Source: Candidatus Saganbacteria bacterium
Lineage (GTDB): Bacteria; Margulisbacteria; WOR-1; JAKLHX01
Length of the DNA stretch: 32,000 nucleotides
Direction of reading: 5' to 3'
Assembly (NCBI GenBank): GCA_026387835.1
Contig: JAPLKZ010000013.1
Span: forward strand, 1-32,000
Position 1 is the stretch's first letter; the number at the start of each line of letters is the position of its first letter. The translations under genes and the position numbers were made by a program. The notes beneath the pieces are model-generated. The model made no database searches. It was not told the origin of the DNA and saw only the letters and a list, made by a program, of their open reading frames with translations. Of this stretch, positions 6,974-17,004 are shown in pieces.

Positions 6974-8486
6974 TCACGATCGCGTTGCTCACGGCTCTTT
7001 CCGACCCGCTGTTCATCTTTGCCCCGTTGACGACCATTGAGGAAGACCCTCCGCCGTCAAGGTTCATCGCTTCCACTGCGCCCAGCTCAATTAACAGCTG
7101 GGAAAGTTCCGCCAGCGTAGCACCTTTGTTCTTGCCGCTGCTCTCGACGACCACGAATAACAGGTTGTTATCTTTTGTTATCCCGACCGCGGTCCTTGCC
7201 GCTTTTCCGCTTGTGATGTCGCGCCTGAACTTTTCCTCTTTGGATGTGATATAGACTTTCCCGTCGTATACCAGCCTGGGGCCTCCCGCTATGACGTGGG
7301 TCATATCTTCCAGCGGCGGGGTCGCCATGAAGAACCATTTAACGGGGTCACCCTTTGAAAATCTTTCTTTTATCGCTTCTCCGGCTATGCCGTTGGCCGA
7401 GATCACAAAACCGTTCTTAGGAATAGAAGTCTCGCCGTAATTGATGTCCGTCACTTTTCCGTCGGAGACGATTATATTTGTCGAAGACCCGGAGGGATCG
7501 GTCCTCTGGTAGTCCGGAGTATAGACCATGATCTCGTTCTTGTTTATCGGCTGGTTGACCCCCGAGAATCCCAGCGTCTCGCCGTTCTTGAGCTTAAGGT
7601 ACCCTTCCATTATCACGGAATCGATATTCGCCCTCCCGTCCCTGTATATGACCAGCGCAGTCCTGTTGTATAGAGGGGACGAGATTATCTGTCCGTTTAT
7701 GATAAGCACACCCACGGGCGTGCTGCTGCCGAAGAAATAACTTCCGTTGATACCCGCAAAGGCGTTTGCCGCCTTGACAAATGCCGACACTCTTTTTTTT
7801 GCAAAATGCGAATACGGTTCGGGTTTTCCTCCGAACACTCCTGAGAAAGCGTCGAACAGCGCCCCGAATATAGGGCCCCCGTCGCGCCCCTTCAGCTCCC
7901 GGACAGAGATGACGGGGGTGACATCGACTTTCGAGGGGTCCACGAACAGGACACTTGCAGTTATCCTGTTTTTTTTATCATCCTGCGACACGGTCAGATA
8001 GTTGAGGCCGTCAGTTATCTTCTGGCAGTAATATAACCATTTGTTTTTTGACGGCGCGGCCGGAACAGCCTCTTCAAGAACGCTCTCTTCGGCGGCATCT
8101 TCGATCACCGCTTCAGGAGTCGCTTCCTGCCTGGGGATATCGATCACTATCCTGAAAGGGTCTTTCAACGGAAAGATGTTCTCTTTCACGGGATAGCTTG
8201 TCTCGATGAAAAGGTTCAAAGACGTTTTTGTTTTGCTGAAAGAAAAATCCTTGAACATCCCGTCCCATATCTTGAATTTTTCATGATACTCGTCTGTTGT
8301 AGTATTTGGCATCGATATGATGATGTCGTTGTCCTTCTTTAAAGCCGTGTACTCCACCGGGGCGTCAAGCTGGATCACGATCCTGAGGTTTTCCGATGAC
8401 GTGCTGTAGCGTATATCGGTCATTTCTACGGCAAAGCATGTGCCGGTGATAATACAAAATATCAGCGCAGAGCAAACGGCCTTCAT
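6960..8486 (-). CDS. Secreted AMIN-domain / phosphodiester glycosidase (DUF2233, NAGPA-like) family protein
   Basis: Signal-like N terminus, then an AMIN-like module ([19 protein letters not shown] ... [10 protein letters not shown]) and an acidic/Pro-Ala linker. The C-terminal domain has GGPRLV, RTAVG, LLFVVV and [10 protein letters not shown], typical of phosphodiester glycosidases. Confidence 0.7.
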   Translation of the reverse strand: MKAVCSALIFCIITGTCFAVEMTDIRYSTSSENLRIVIQLDAPVEYTALKKDNDIIISMPNTTTDEYHEKFKIWDGMFKDFSFSKTKTSLNLFIETSYPVKENIFPLKDPFRIVIDIPRQEATPEAVIEDAAEESVLEEAVPAAPSKNKWLYYCQKITDGLNYLTVSQDDKKNRITASVLFVDPSKVDVTPVISVRELKGRDGGPIFGALFDAFSGVFGGKPEPYSHFAKKRVSAFVKAANAFAGINGSYFFGSSTPVGVLIINGQIISSPLYNRTALVIYRDGRANIDSVIMEGYLKLKNGETLGFSGVNQPINKNEIMVYTPDYQRTDPSGSSTNIIVSDGKVTDINYGETSIPKNGFVISANGIAGEAIKERFSKGDPVKWFFMATPPLEDMTHVIAGGPRLVYDGKVYITSKEEKFRRDITSGKAARTAVGITKDNNLLFVVVESSGKNKGATLAELSQLLIELGAVEAMNLDGGGSSSMVVNGAKMNSGSERAVSNAIVIRKK

Positions 8487-10141
8487 GACGGTATTTTTAA
8501 AACAGCTCCGGTATTTGCCGACGTGACAAAATGCGCGTAGCGGGCAAGGTAGCCCGTCAGTTCTTTCTTTTTCGGCTTCCAGACCTTTAAGCGCTCTTCG
8601 ATCTCTTTCTGGCTGACCTTAAGCTCGAGTTTTCTTGCCGGGATATTTATTTCTATTTCATCACCGTCTTTTATAACGGCGATAGGTCCGCCTTCGGCCG
8701 CTTCCGGCGAAACATGTCCGATAGCCGGGCCTCTTGTACCGCCTGAAAATCTTCCATCGGTTATAAGCCCGACGGTATCTCCGAGTCCCATCCCGACGAT
8801 AGCGGAAGTGGGGGACAGCATCTCCCTCATTCCCGGCCCGCCTTTAGGCCCTTCATATCTTATGACAACAATATCCCCGGCCTTTATCTTTCCGTCCATT
8901 ATCGCTTTCATCGCGAGTTCTTCGCTGTCAAAGCATTTTGCTTTGCCTATGAGGACTTTCGCTCTTTCATTGACCGCGGTCTGCTTGACGACAGAACCGT
9001 GCGGCGCGAGATTTCCTTTCAGGACGGCGATGCCGCCTTCTTTGTGATAAGCTTTGTCGAGAGATCTGATGACATCGCTGTCATGGACTAAAGATGCTTT
9101 TGCTATCTCCTTGATGTTTTTCCCGCTGACCGTGATATTATCGTTCAAAAGATCGGCCAGGACGTGGAGCGCCGCAGGGACACCTCCGGCATACTCAAAA
9201 TCCTCCATAAAATGCTCGCCGCTCGGCCGCAGGTTCGTTATGTGGGGGGTCTTTCTGCTTATCTCTTCGATCGTGTCAAGGTCGATATCTATCCCGACCT
9301 CGTGGGCTATCGCAGGTATATGAAGGGCCGCATTCGTCGAACCGCCTAGGGCCATGTCTATCCTGATGCCGTTCAATATGGCATTCTTTGTCATGATCTT
9401 TCTCGCGCTGATGTCTTTCCTGACGAGCTCGACTATCTGCTCCCCGCTTTCATAAGCTATCATCCTGCTCTTGCTTGAAGCTGCAAGTGAGGAGCCGCTG
9501 CCGGTCAGAGACATGCCGATAGCTTCGGTGACGCAGGCCATGGTGTTTGCCGTATAAAGGCCGGCGCAGGAACCGACGCCCGGGCAGGCGCATATCTCAA
9601 GCTCTTCAAGCTCCTTTTCGGATAATTGGCCTGCTTTGCAGGATGCAAGAGCTTCGAAAGTATCTTTAACAAGGTCCGTCCTTCTTCCCCTGTGCATGCC
9701 GCTCATCATCGGGCCGACTGTAACTACTATGCACGGTATATCAAGCCGGCCTGCTGCCATCAGCATTCCCGGGGTTATCTTGTCGCATGCTGTCAATAAA
9801 ACAAGTCCGTCAAGAGCGTGAGCTTTAGCGACGGATTCGACTTCATCGGCTATAAGTTCCCTTGAAGGAAGACTGTAATACATTCCTTCGTGTCCCATCG
9901 CGATGCCGTCGCATATTGCCGGAACACCGAACTCAAAAGCGATACCTCCGCCTGAATGAATACCTTTTGCGATGACTGACGCGTAGTCTTTCATGCTGAT
10001 ATGTCCGGGCACAAGGTCCGTGAAGCTGTTCGCGATCCCGATGAAAGGTTTTTCAAGGCTCTTTTTTGTGACCCCGGTCGCATGCAGCAAAGAACGGTGA
10101 GGTGCGCGTTCTATGCCTTTTTTGATATTGTCGCTTTTCAT
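8483..10141 (-). CDS. ilvD: Dihydroxy-acid dehydratase
   Basis: 552 aa. Contains [20 protein letters not shown] and [19 protein letters not shown] lies 10 nt upstream of the ATG. Confidence 0.95.
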   Translation of the reverse strand: MKSDNIKKGIERAPHRSLLHATGVTKKSLEKPFIGIANSFTDLVPGHISMKDYASVIAKGIHSGGGIAFEFGVPAICDGIAMGHEGMYYSLPSRELIADEVESVAKAHALDGLVLLTACDKITPGMLMAAGRLDIPCIVVTVGPMMSGMHRGRRTDLVKDTFEALASCKAGQLSEKELEELEICACPGVGSCAGLYTANTMACVTEAIGMSLTGSGSSLAASSKSRMIAYESGEQIVELVRKDISARKIMTKNAILNGIRIDMALGGSTNAALHIPAIAHEVGIDIDLDTIEEISRKTPHITNLRPSGEHFMEDFEYAGGVPAALHVLADLLNDNITVSGKNIKEIAKASLVHDSDVIRSLDKAYHKEGGIAVLKGNLAPHGSVVKQTAVNERAKVLIGKAKCFDSEELAMKAIMDGKIKAGDIVVIRYEGPKGGPGMREMLSPTSAIVGMGLGDTVGLITDGRFSGGTRGPAIGHVSPEAAEGGPIAVIKDGDEIEINIPARKLELKVSQKEIEERLKVWKPKKKELTGYLARYAHFVTSANTGAVLKIPS

Positions 10142-10165
10142 TATATATTTTCCTCCATTGGGTAA

Positions 10166-10175
10166 ATTATAGCAT
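10166..10175 (-). promoter_or_regulatory. Extended -10 promoter box ATGCTATAAT (minus strand) for ilvD
   Basis: The reverse complement of 10166-10175 is ATGCTATAAT. It is followed by a 24-nt leader containing GGAGG, then the ilvD ATG at 10141. Confidence 0.55.
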
Positions 10176-10226
10176 TTTGGAAAGCTGCAAGCTCTAAGCG
10201 GTAAAAGGGGAAGATCGAAGGCAGGA

Positions 10227-10242
10227 TGGCGGACAAATTGCT
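10227..10242 (+). promoter_or_regulatory. Candidate sigma54 (-24/-12) promoter TGGCGGACAAATTGCT upstream of yraN-comM
   Basis: GG-N10-GC spacing. 12 of 15 positions are identical to the two sigma54-type elements in the amt region. It is intergenic and on the coding strand. Confidence 0.45.
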
Positions 10243-10254
10243 GATGAGTATGAT

Positions 10255-10623
10255 GTGGGTATAGAATCCAAAATACTCGGGAACATCGGAGAAGACCTTG
10301 CGTGCGGGCTCCTGATCGAAATGGGCTGGAAGGTCATTGAGCGGAATTTCAGGTCCAATCACGGAGAGATCGATATTATCGCAAAAGATGAAGATATCCT
10401 CGTGTTTGTCGAGGTAAAGAGCTATACATATAGAAGCTTCTACAAGCCCGTCTTTTCTATAACACAGTATAAGAAAAAATCTTTGATCCACGCGGCGCGC
10501 ACATACATCATGTTGAACGGTGTAAAGGGCATAAACTGCAGGTTCGATGTGATCGCGACCTACAAAGACCGTAAAGGAGAACAGAAGACCGAGCATTTTA
10601 AGAATGCTTTCGAGATCAATTAA
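10255..10623 (+). CDS. yraN: YraN family (UPF0102) endonuclease-like protein
   Basis: LGNIGEDLA...[20 protein letters not shown]...LVFVEVKS is the family pattern. The start is GTG and no in-frame ATG lies upstream. Confidence 0.8.
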   Translation: MGIESKILGNIGEDLACGLLIEMGWKVIERNFRSNHGEIDIIAKDEDILVFVEVKSYTYRSFYKPVFSITQYKKKSLIHAARTYIMLNGVKGINCRFDVIATYKDRKGEQKTEHFKNAFEIN

Positions 10624-10635
10624 AGGAGGAATATT

Positions 10636-12168
10636 ATGTTTGTCAAGATCAAAAGCGCAGCTTTCCTGGGATTAAAAAGTTATCTGGTAGATGTCGAAGT
10701 CGATTCAAGCCACGGACTGCCCGGACAGTCGATCGTCGGGCTTCCGGATGCGGCAGTAAAAGAGAGCCGCGACAGGGTCAAAGCGGCGATCAATAATTCC
10801 GGTTTTGAATTTCCCGGCGGTTATTTTACGATCAATCTTGCTCCTGCCGATATAAGAAAAGAAGGGCCGATGTATGACCTTCCGATCGCGCTCGGTGTCC
10901 TCCTTGCTTCAGAGCAGATAGGCTCAAAGATGCTCGAAGATACCGCTGTTTTCGGAGAACTTTCTTTGGACGGAAATGTCAGGCCGGTCGAGGGGATGCT
11001 TCCGATGTGCTGCGCCTTGAAAGAGGGAAACATCAAAAGAGCGATAGTCCCGAAAGAGAATGCAGATGAAGCAGCTCTTGTAGAACAACTTGAGGTCATT
11101 CCCGTTGACTGCGTCAATTCAGCCATTGATTTTTTGTCGGGCAATAAAGAGATAAAGGCACACAAGGTAGACCTTGAGGCTTTGTTTTCAAAACAAGCAG
11201 AATACGACTGTGATTTTTCAGAGGTCAAAGGCCAGTTCCATGCGAAAAGAGCGCTTGAGGTCGCGGCAGCCGGAGGCCATAACATCCTTTTATCCGGTCC
11301 TCCGGGCTCAGGCAAGACCATGCTTGCGAGAAGGCTTCCTTCCATACTTCCCCCGCTTTCGCTGGCAGAAGCACTCGAGGTAACTAAGATCTACAGTATC
11401 AGCGGCATGCTTCCATCAAGGAACTCCCTGATAACCAGAAGACCGTTCAGAAGCCCGCACCACACTACATCAGATATCGGGATAACCGGAGGCGGAAGGA
11501 TACCACGTCCCGGGGAGATCACTCTGTCACATCACGGAATTTTGTTCATGGATGAGTTCCCGGAGTTCGGCAGGGAAGTACTTGAGGTCTTAAGGCAGCC
11601 GCTTGAGGACGGGGATATTTCTATCTGCAGGGCGGCTACGTCAATAACATATCCGGCGCAGTTCATGCTGGTCGCTGCGATGAACCCATGTCCCTGCGGC
11701 AATTTTGGGGACCCGACAACAGAGTGTACATGTCCTCCTTTTAAGATACAAAGATACCTTCAAAAACTGTCCGGACCGCTCCTGGACAGGATAGATATCC
11801 ATGTGAATGTTCCGAGGTTGAAAAAGGAAGAGCTCATCTCTTACCCTTCGGGAGAAGCGTCTTCTTCGATCAGGGAAAGGGTGTCAATGGCCAGGAAAAT
11901 CCAGCAGGAAAGATTCTCCGGCACAAAAATATCTTCGAACGCCAAGATGACGTCAAAATACGTGAAGAAATACTGCATCCTTGACGAAGAAGCTGAAGAA
12001 TTGATGAAAAAGGCTATTTTGCATTTCAGATTGACAGGCAGGTCGTATGATAAGATCCTCAAGATTTCGCGGACAATAGCCGACCTCGAGACAAGCGAAC
12101 AAATATCCGCCAGACATATTGCCGAAGCGGTGCAGTATAGGGATGGGAATTTCTCAGGGATATTGTAG
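10636..12168 (+). CDS. comM: YifB/ComM family Mg-chelatase-like AAA+ ATPase
   Basis: Lon-protease-like N domain, Walker A GPPGSGKT, Walker B FMDEFPEF, and cysteine cluster CPCGNFGDPTTECTCPP. AGGAGG lies upstream of the ATG. Confidence 0.92.
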   Translation: MFVKIKSAAFLGLKSYLVDVEVDSSHGLPGQSIVGLPDAAVKESRDRVKAAINNSGFEFPGGYFTINLAPADIRKEGPMYDLPIALGVLLASEQIGSKMLEDTAVFGELSLDGNVRPVEGMLPMCCALKEGNIKRAIVPKENADEAALVEQLEVIPVDCVNSAIDFLSGNKEIKAHKVDLEALFSKQAEYDCDFSEVKGQFHAKRALEVAAAGGHNILLSGPPGSGKTMLARRLPSILPPLSLAEALEVTKIYSISGMLPSRNSLITRRPFRSPHHTTSDIGITGGGRIPRPGEITLSHHGILFMDEFPEFGREVLEVLRQPLEDGDISICRAATSITYPAQFMLVAAMNPCPCGNFGDPTTECTCPPFKIQRYLQKLSGPLLDRIDIHVNVPRLKKEELISYPSGEASSSIRERVSMARKIQQERFSGTKISSNAKMTSKYVKKYCILDEEAEELMKKAILHFRLTGRSYDKILKISRTIADLETSEQISARHIAEAVQYRDGNFSGIL

Positions 12169-12207
12169 AAAATATGAAAATCCCCCTAAAAAATCCCTGA
12201 TCCAATA

Positions 12208-12236
12208 TTGACAAAAATTACTTCATCATATAAACT
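12208..12236 (+). promoter_or_regulatory. Candidate sigma70 promoter of the marR-efflux operon
   Basis: Perfect -35 TTGACA (12208-12213), followed by TATAAA (12229-12234, 15-nt spacer) or TAAACT (12231-12236, 17-nt spacer). Confidence 0.4.
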
Positions 12237-12258
12237 ATTTAATAGGTAAACATATTCC

Positions 12259-12714
12259 ATGAACACAGGCGAACTGAACGACTTCATAGAAAAGTTCGAA
12301 AGCTGCATGTCAGTCATAACAAAGGGCTTCCACGGCGGTGGATTCTCGGAAATAAACGATATCGATATAACAATACCGCAGTTCGTTGCGCTGAACATTA
12401 TCGCCAAAAAGGAATGTCCCAAGATGTCAGACCTCAGCGCCGAGCTCGGAGTGACGCTCGGCAACATGACCATGATGATAGACAGGCTGATAAAGGAGGA
12501 CTTTGTCGAAAGAAAAGGGGACCCTGAGGACAGGCGCATCGTAAGGGTTTGTCTTAATCAGAAAGGGAAGAACCTTATAAAAAAAGCCAAAGAACATAAA
12601 ATGGACAGTATGGCCAGAATTTTCGGCAAAATGTCCGAAGGCGACAGGAAATCCCTTCTGCACATCATAGAAAAATTGACCGGCGCGATAAGACAGGAAC
12701 AAGAAAGGGGATAA
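12259..12714 (+). CDS. MarR family transcriptional regulator
   Basis: Winged-HTH pattern IPQFVALNIIAKKECPKMSDLSAELGVTLGNMTMMIDRLIKEDFVERKGDPEDRRIVRVCLNQKG. First gene of an efflux operon. Confidence 0.88.
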   Translation: MNTGELNDFIEKFESCMSVITKGFHGGGFSEINDIDITIPQFVALNIIAKKECPKMSDLSAELGVTLGNMTMMIDRLIKEDFVERKGDPEDRRIVRVCLNQKGKNLIKKAKEHKMDSMARIFGKMSEGDRKSLLHIIEKLTGAIRQEQERG

Positions 12715-12717
12715 AAG

Positions 12718-13617
12718 ATGAAAACAAAAAGAATTGTCTGGATAATACTGGTACTGCTGGTTCTTCTTCTTTTTTACAGGGCATGCACAAGGATAAGGAG
12801 CGCGAAAAAGCTCGAGACCGGGCGCATCATTCCGGTAACCGTCACAACCCCCAAGATAGGTACCATAGAGAATATATTGACCCTGACAGGCGACATAAAA
12901 GGCGAGTCCGAGGTCAGCGTAAGGCCCAGGATCGCGGGCAGAGTGGAAGAGATCTTTGTAAAAGAGGGCGACCATGTCAGCAAAGGCGATGTTTTGCTCT
13001 CATTTCTGGCGGGGATAAAAGAGGACGATCCCATATATGAGGACATGGTAGTCCGTGCCCCTATATCGGGATTTATCGGAATGCAGCTCGTAAAGATAGG
13101 CGACCAGGTGATCAGCTCGGTAGGAACCAATAACCCTGTTTTTGTCATCTACGGCATTGATAATGTAAAGATATATGCCAATGTGCCGGAAAAATTCTAT
13201 ACTCTTGTTTCAAAAGGGACACCTGCCATGATATACCCTGATGCGCTTCCCGGAAAAGTGTTCAGAGGTTCGGTCAGCAGGATAAGACCGGTGATCGATC
13301 CAAGCACGCGGACCATCCAGGTTGAGATAATCATTCCCAATACTTCCTATATAATAAGGCCGGGAATGTTCGCGAAAGTGGACCTTATTCTCCAGAAAAA
13401 ATCTAATGTGATGATAATCCCGTCGGATGCAGTCCTTAATAACGAGGAAGATTATGTTTTTACCGCCGATAACGGTCATGCCATGAAAAAAAATGTCGTC
13501 AAAGGGATCGAAAGCGAGAATGAATTAGAGATAAAAAGCGGTCTTTTACAGACCGACAAAGTGATCATAAACGGCCAGAGGATCGTTACGGAAGGATCGA
13601 CCATCGAGGTCAAATAA
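12718..13617 (+). CDS. Efflux RND transporter periplasmic adaptor (membrane fusion protein)
   Basis: N-terminal membrane anchor and a lipoyl/beta-barrel pattern (VRPRIAGRVEEIFVKEGDHVSKGDVL ... VRAPISGFIG). Its stop overlaps the RND start (TAATG). Confidence 0.88.
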   Translation: MKTKRIVWIILVLLVLLLFYRACTRIRSAKKLETGRIIPVTVTTPKIGTIENILTLTGDIKGESEVSVRPRIAGRVEEIFVKEGDHVSKGDVLLSFLAGIKEDDPIYEDMVVRAPISGFIGMQLVKIGDQVISSVGTNNPVFVIYGIDNVKIYANVPEKFYTLVSKGTPAMIYPDALPGKVFRGSVSRIRPVIDPSTRTIQVEIIIPNTSYIIRPGMFAKVDLILQKKSNVMIIPSDAVLNNEEDYVFTADNGHAMKKNVVKGIESENELEIKSGLLQTDKVIINGQRIVTEGSTIEVK

Positions 13618-16600
13618 TGATAAAGAATTTTGTCACAAGGCCGCTTTTTACCTTCTCGATATTTATAGTCCTTATAATATTCGGGGTCTTAAGTTATTCC
13701 CGTCTGCCGCTTGATTTTCTCCCTAACATATCACTCCCGACGCTGACGATCATCACACCTTATCCCGGAGCAAGCGCGGACGATATTGAAATAACGGTCT
13801 CAAAGGTAATAGAGGATTCAGTTGCCACCGTTACGAACATCGACAAGATCACTTCCAACAGCATGGAGAACATCTCTATCGTGACGATCAATTTCAAATG
13901 GGGATCTGATATCGATGCGGCTGCGGCTGATGTAAGGGACAAGATGGACCTGATAAACGCAAAGCTCCCGAAAGATGTCCAGCCGTCAACAATATATAAA
14001 TTCGATACATCACAGATCCCGATCCTGATCATGGGTGTTTCAGCGGATCAGTCATATAAAGGGTTGTACGACTTAGCGGACAAAAAAATCACAAACCTGA
14101 TGAAAAGGGTGCAGGGTGTCGGCACCGTCACGATCCTCGGTGGTCTGCAGAGGCAGATCAACGTGGATGTCGACAGGACAAGACTGGAAGCCTACCACCT
14201 TTCTATCGGGCAGGTCAACCTGGCACTCCAGGCTGCGAACCTTTCCATGCCTGCCGGCAGCATCAAATCAACGGAACTCGAATACGGGATAAGGATCCCC
14301 GGAGAATATTCGAACATGGACGAGATATCGAAGACAGTGATCGGGAGTTACCAGGGCAAGAGTATTTTTATTTCCGACATAGCAAGAGTTACGGATTCAT
14401 TCAAAGAGCCGGATAATATGACCGAGGTGGACCAAAAGCCGGGAATAATGCTGATGGTCCAGAAGCAATCCGGTGCAAATACCGTGCAGGTCACCCAGGC
14501 GCTCCGGAAAGAAATAGTCAGGATGCAGGATGAACTCCCGCCGGACATTAAATTCAGTTATGTGCAGGACACTTCCGAATATATTTCCAGGTCAATAAAC
14601 GAATTGACCAAAACATTGTACTGGTCCTTCCTGTTTGTCGTGCTGACGGTCCTATTCTTCTTAAGGAACGTAAGAGGTTCCCTGATCGTATCACTGGCCA
14701 TCCCGATGTCCATAATTGCCGCGTTCATTTATATGTTCTATACAGGAGCTTCAATAAATATAATTTCGCTTGCGTCCATCATCATTTCCATAGGTGTGGT
14801 GGTGGATGATGCGATCGTGGTCATGGAAAATATTTACAGGCACATGGAAAAAAAACATGAAGCTCCGGTCGAGGCTGCAATTTACGGCGGGGGAGAAGTG
14901 TCAGGCGCCGTTATCGCTTCCACAACGACCAACCTTGCCATATTCATCCCGTTACTCCTTGTCCAGGGTTTCATCGGGATATTTTTCAACCAATTATCCA
15001 TTATCACGATAGTAGTGATATCGATGTCGCTTTTTACGGCAATGACTTTGACCCCGATGCTTTCGTCCAAGCTTCTTGAGATAAAAAAAGAAGGAGAGAA
15101 CAAGAAGAACTTCTTTTCGGACATCCATGACAGAAGCGAAGAAGCCTTTAATTTTATCGAGGAACAATACAAAAAGATCCTTAGTTGGTCCCTCAACAAC
15201 AGAAAAAGGGTCGTCATCATCTGCTCCCTGATATTTTTTCTGAGCATGCCGCTGTTCCTGGTGGTGGGGACTGAATTCTTTCCCGACCAGGATAACGGTC
15301 TTGCGACCGCGACAGTGGAGCTTGCCGCGGGTTCTAAGTTTGAGCGTACTGCTGAAATCATGAGAAAAATCGAGGCGGAGGTAAAACGCCAGGTGCCGGA
15401 ACTCGAGTTCATTCTTATCACTGCCGGGTCAAGCCAGAGGGTCAGCCTCACGAACGATTCCGGACCCAATAAAGGCAAGATCTATCTTAAGCTGGTCCCG
15501 ATGGACAAGAGAAAAAGATCGCTTAAAGAGATACAAAGACAGGTAGCCGGTATTGCCATGTCGATCCCCGGCCTCAAGAATATTACTTTTGCCGCAGCCG
15601 GGGCAAACGCGCTTGGCGGAGCGAATAAACCGGTCACAGTTGAAATATACGGGAATAATTTTGATGTAATGGACCAGGTTACTTCAGATCTCAAGCAAAA
15701 GTTCGATAGAATACCGGGTATTGTCGACCCGTCACTTTCAAGAGAAAAGACTAATCCGGAATACGCCCTGAAGATCGACCGGGAAAAAGCCTCGGATTTC
15801 GGGCTTACGATGTATGATGTGGCGATGGCAGCCAGGCAGTATATTTACGGGAACACCTCCACAAAATACCGTGAGCAGGGGGATGAATACGATATCTTTG
15901 TCAGGCTTGACGAGGACAGCAGAAAGTCGATCGACGATATAAAGAATGTTTATGTGACCAACAGGATGGGGCAGAATATTTCTTTGGGTAACATTGCGAC
16001 TGTGGAGCTGCGCAACGGGCCTCAGGTGATCGAGAGGAAGAACCAGCAAAGATATGAAAGATATGAAGCGGATTATTTCGGCAGGCCTCTCGGAGATATA
16101 ATAAGGGACGTCAGCAGGATAATATCAAAGACGAGTATTCCGGCCGATGTCACGGTAAAGATAACCGGCAATGCCGAACAAATGGCAGAAAGCTTTAAAT
16201 CTCTGTTCATAGCCCTTATTTTAGGAATATCCCTGATCTACCTTGTCATGGTCGCGCAGTTTGAATCTTTCCTCGAACCTTTCATTATCATGTTCGCAAT
16301 CCCGTTCGCGCTTGTCGGGGTCGTCTGGGCCCTCTTTTTGACGGGCTTGCCGTTCGGAGTGATGCCTTTTATAGGCCTGATAATGGTGGTCGGTGTCGCC
16401 GTAAAAAATTCAATAGTCCTTGTAGATTATACGAATATACTCAGGGAAAGAGGCATAGAAATAAAGGAATCGATCCTTGAAGCGGGAAAAACAAGGCTTC
16501 GTCCGATCCTGATGACCTCATGCACCGCAATATTAGGTCTGCTCCCAATTGTTTTCGGAACAGGAGAAGGTTCGGGCTTTTGGAAGAATATGTCAATCGC

Positions 16601-16712
16601 CGTTCTTGGAGGTCTGATTGTGTCGGCGACGATAAGTCTTGTTTTCGTTCCCACGTTCTACTTCATTGTAGAAAGCCGGTTCAAGGACAAAGGCGCTGGA
16701 GGAGGAAAATAA
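13617..16712 (+). CDS. Efflux RND transporter permease (AcrB/HAE family)
   Basis: 1031 aa with 12-TM RND architecture. Conserved ASIIISIGVVVDDAIVVMENI and GLIMVVGVAVKNSIVLVDY segments. Confidence 0.93.
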   Translation: MIKNFVTRPLFTFSIFIVLIIFGVLSYSRLPLDFLPNISLPTLTIITPYPGASADDIEITVSKVIEDSVATVTNIDKITSNSMENISIVTINFKWGSDIDAAAADVRDKMDLINAKLPKDVQPSTIYKFDTSQIPILIMGVSADQSYKGLYDLADKKITNLMKRVQGVGTVTILGGLQRQINVDVDRTRLEAYHLSIGQVNLALQAANLSMPAGSIKSTELEYGIRIPGEYSNMDEISKTVIGSYQGKSIFISDIARVTDSFKEPDNMTEVDQKPGIMLMVQKQSGANTVQVTQALRKEIVRMQDELPPDIKFSYVQDTSEYISRSINELTKTLYWSFLFVVLTVLFFLRNVRGSLIVSLAIPMSIIAAFIYMFYTGASINIISLASIIISIGVVVDDAIVVMENIYRHMEKKHEAPVEAAIYGGGEVSGAVIASTTTNLAIFIPLLLVQGFIGIFFNQLSIITIVVISMSLFTAMTLTPMLSSKLLEIKKEGENKKNFFSDIHDRSEEAFNFIEEQYKKILSWSLNNRKRVVIICSLIFFLSMPLFLVVGTEFFPDQDNGLATATVELAAGSKFERTAEIMRKIEAEVKRQVPELEFILITAGSSQRVSLTNDSGPNKGKIYLKLVPMDKRKRSLKEIQRQVAGIAMSIPGLKNITFAAAGANALGGANKPVTVEIYGNNFDVMDQVTSDLKQKFDRIPGIVDPSLSREKTNPEYALKIDREKASDFGLTMYDVAMAARQYIYGNTSTKYREQGDEYDIFVRLDEDSRKSIDDIKNVYVTNRMGQNISLGNIATVELRNGPQVIERKNQQRYERYEADYFGRPLGDIIRDVSRIISKTSIPADVTVKITGNAEQMAESFKSLFIALILGISLIYLVMVAQFESFLEPFIIMFAIPFALVGVVWALFLTGLPFGVMPFIGLIMVVGVAVKNSIVLVDYTNILRERGIEIKESILEAGKTRLRPILMTSCTAILGLLPIVFGTGEGSGFWKNMSIAVLGGLIVSATISLVFVPTFYFIVESRFKDKGAGGGK

Positions 16713-16713
16713 A

Positions 16714-17004
16714 ATGAAAGGATTATTTATTGTTTATGCGCCGGCCATAGAGAACAATGTACTGGAAATAATGAATAAGTCAGGGATAAAGCATTACACG
16801 AAATTCCCTTACCTGCACGGCATCGGCGGTCATTCAGAGCGGCATCTTGATACGCATGTCTGGCCGGGCTCAAATTCCGCAGTGCTGGCGGTAGTTGATG
16901 AAACCGCTGCTTCAAATGTCCTGCCGGGATTAAAAAAGATAAAGGAAGAATTCCTCGACGAAGGGTTGAAAGTTTTTGTTGTCCCGATGGAGGTGGCGAT
17001 ATGA
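16714..17004 (+). CDS. Small transporter-associated protein with a PII-like (beta-alpha-beta x2) pattern; possibly the PG0541 / DUF3240-type family
   Basis: 96 aa, tightly coupled to the RND gene (2-nt gap) and to tolC (ATGA overlap at 17001-17004). Alternating predicted strand/helix segments with a glycine/histidine-rich loop GIGGHSERHLDTHVWPG. The family name is from memory and unverified. Confidence 0.55.
   Translation: MKGLFIVYAPAIENNVLEIMNKSGIKHYTKFPYLHGIGGHSERHLDTHVWPGSNSAVLAVVDETAASNVLPGLKKIKEEFLDEGLKVFVVPMEVAI

Noticed and set aside
10244-10264. Mini-ORF ATG AGT ATG ATG TGG GTA TAG (MSMMWV) upstream of and overlapping the yraN start
   Set aside because: It has no RBS, is only six codons, and overlaps the predicted transcription start region. 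There is no evidence that it is a leader peptide.
10141-10596. 151-aa minus-strand ORF opposite yraN
   Set aside because: The plus-strand frame carries the YraN family pattern (GEIDIIA ... VFVEVKS). The minus ORF would start inside the ilvD start region and has no motif support.
12427-12975. 182-aa minus-strand ORF spanning the marR/MFP junction (also 12186-12539, 14882-15478, 16727-17209, 25691-26519)
   Set aside because: All lie antisense to confidently assigned plus-strand genes, cross gene boundaries, and translate to compositionally odd sequences. They are typical long shadow frames.
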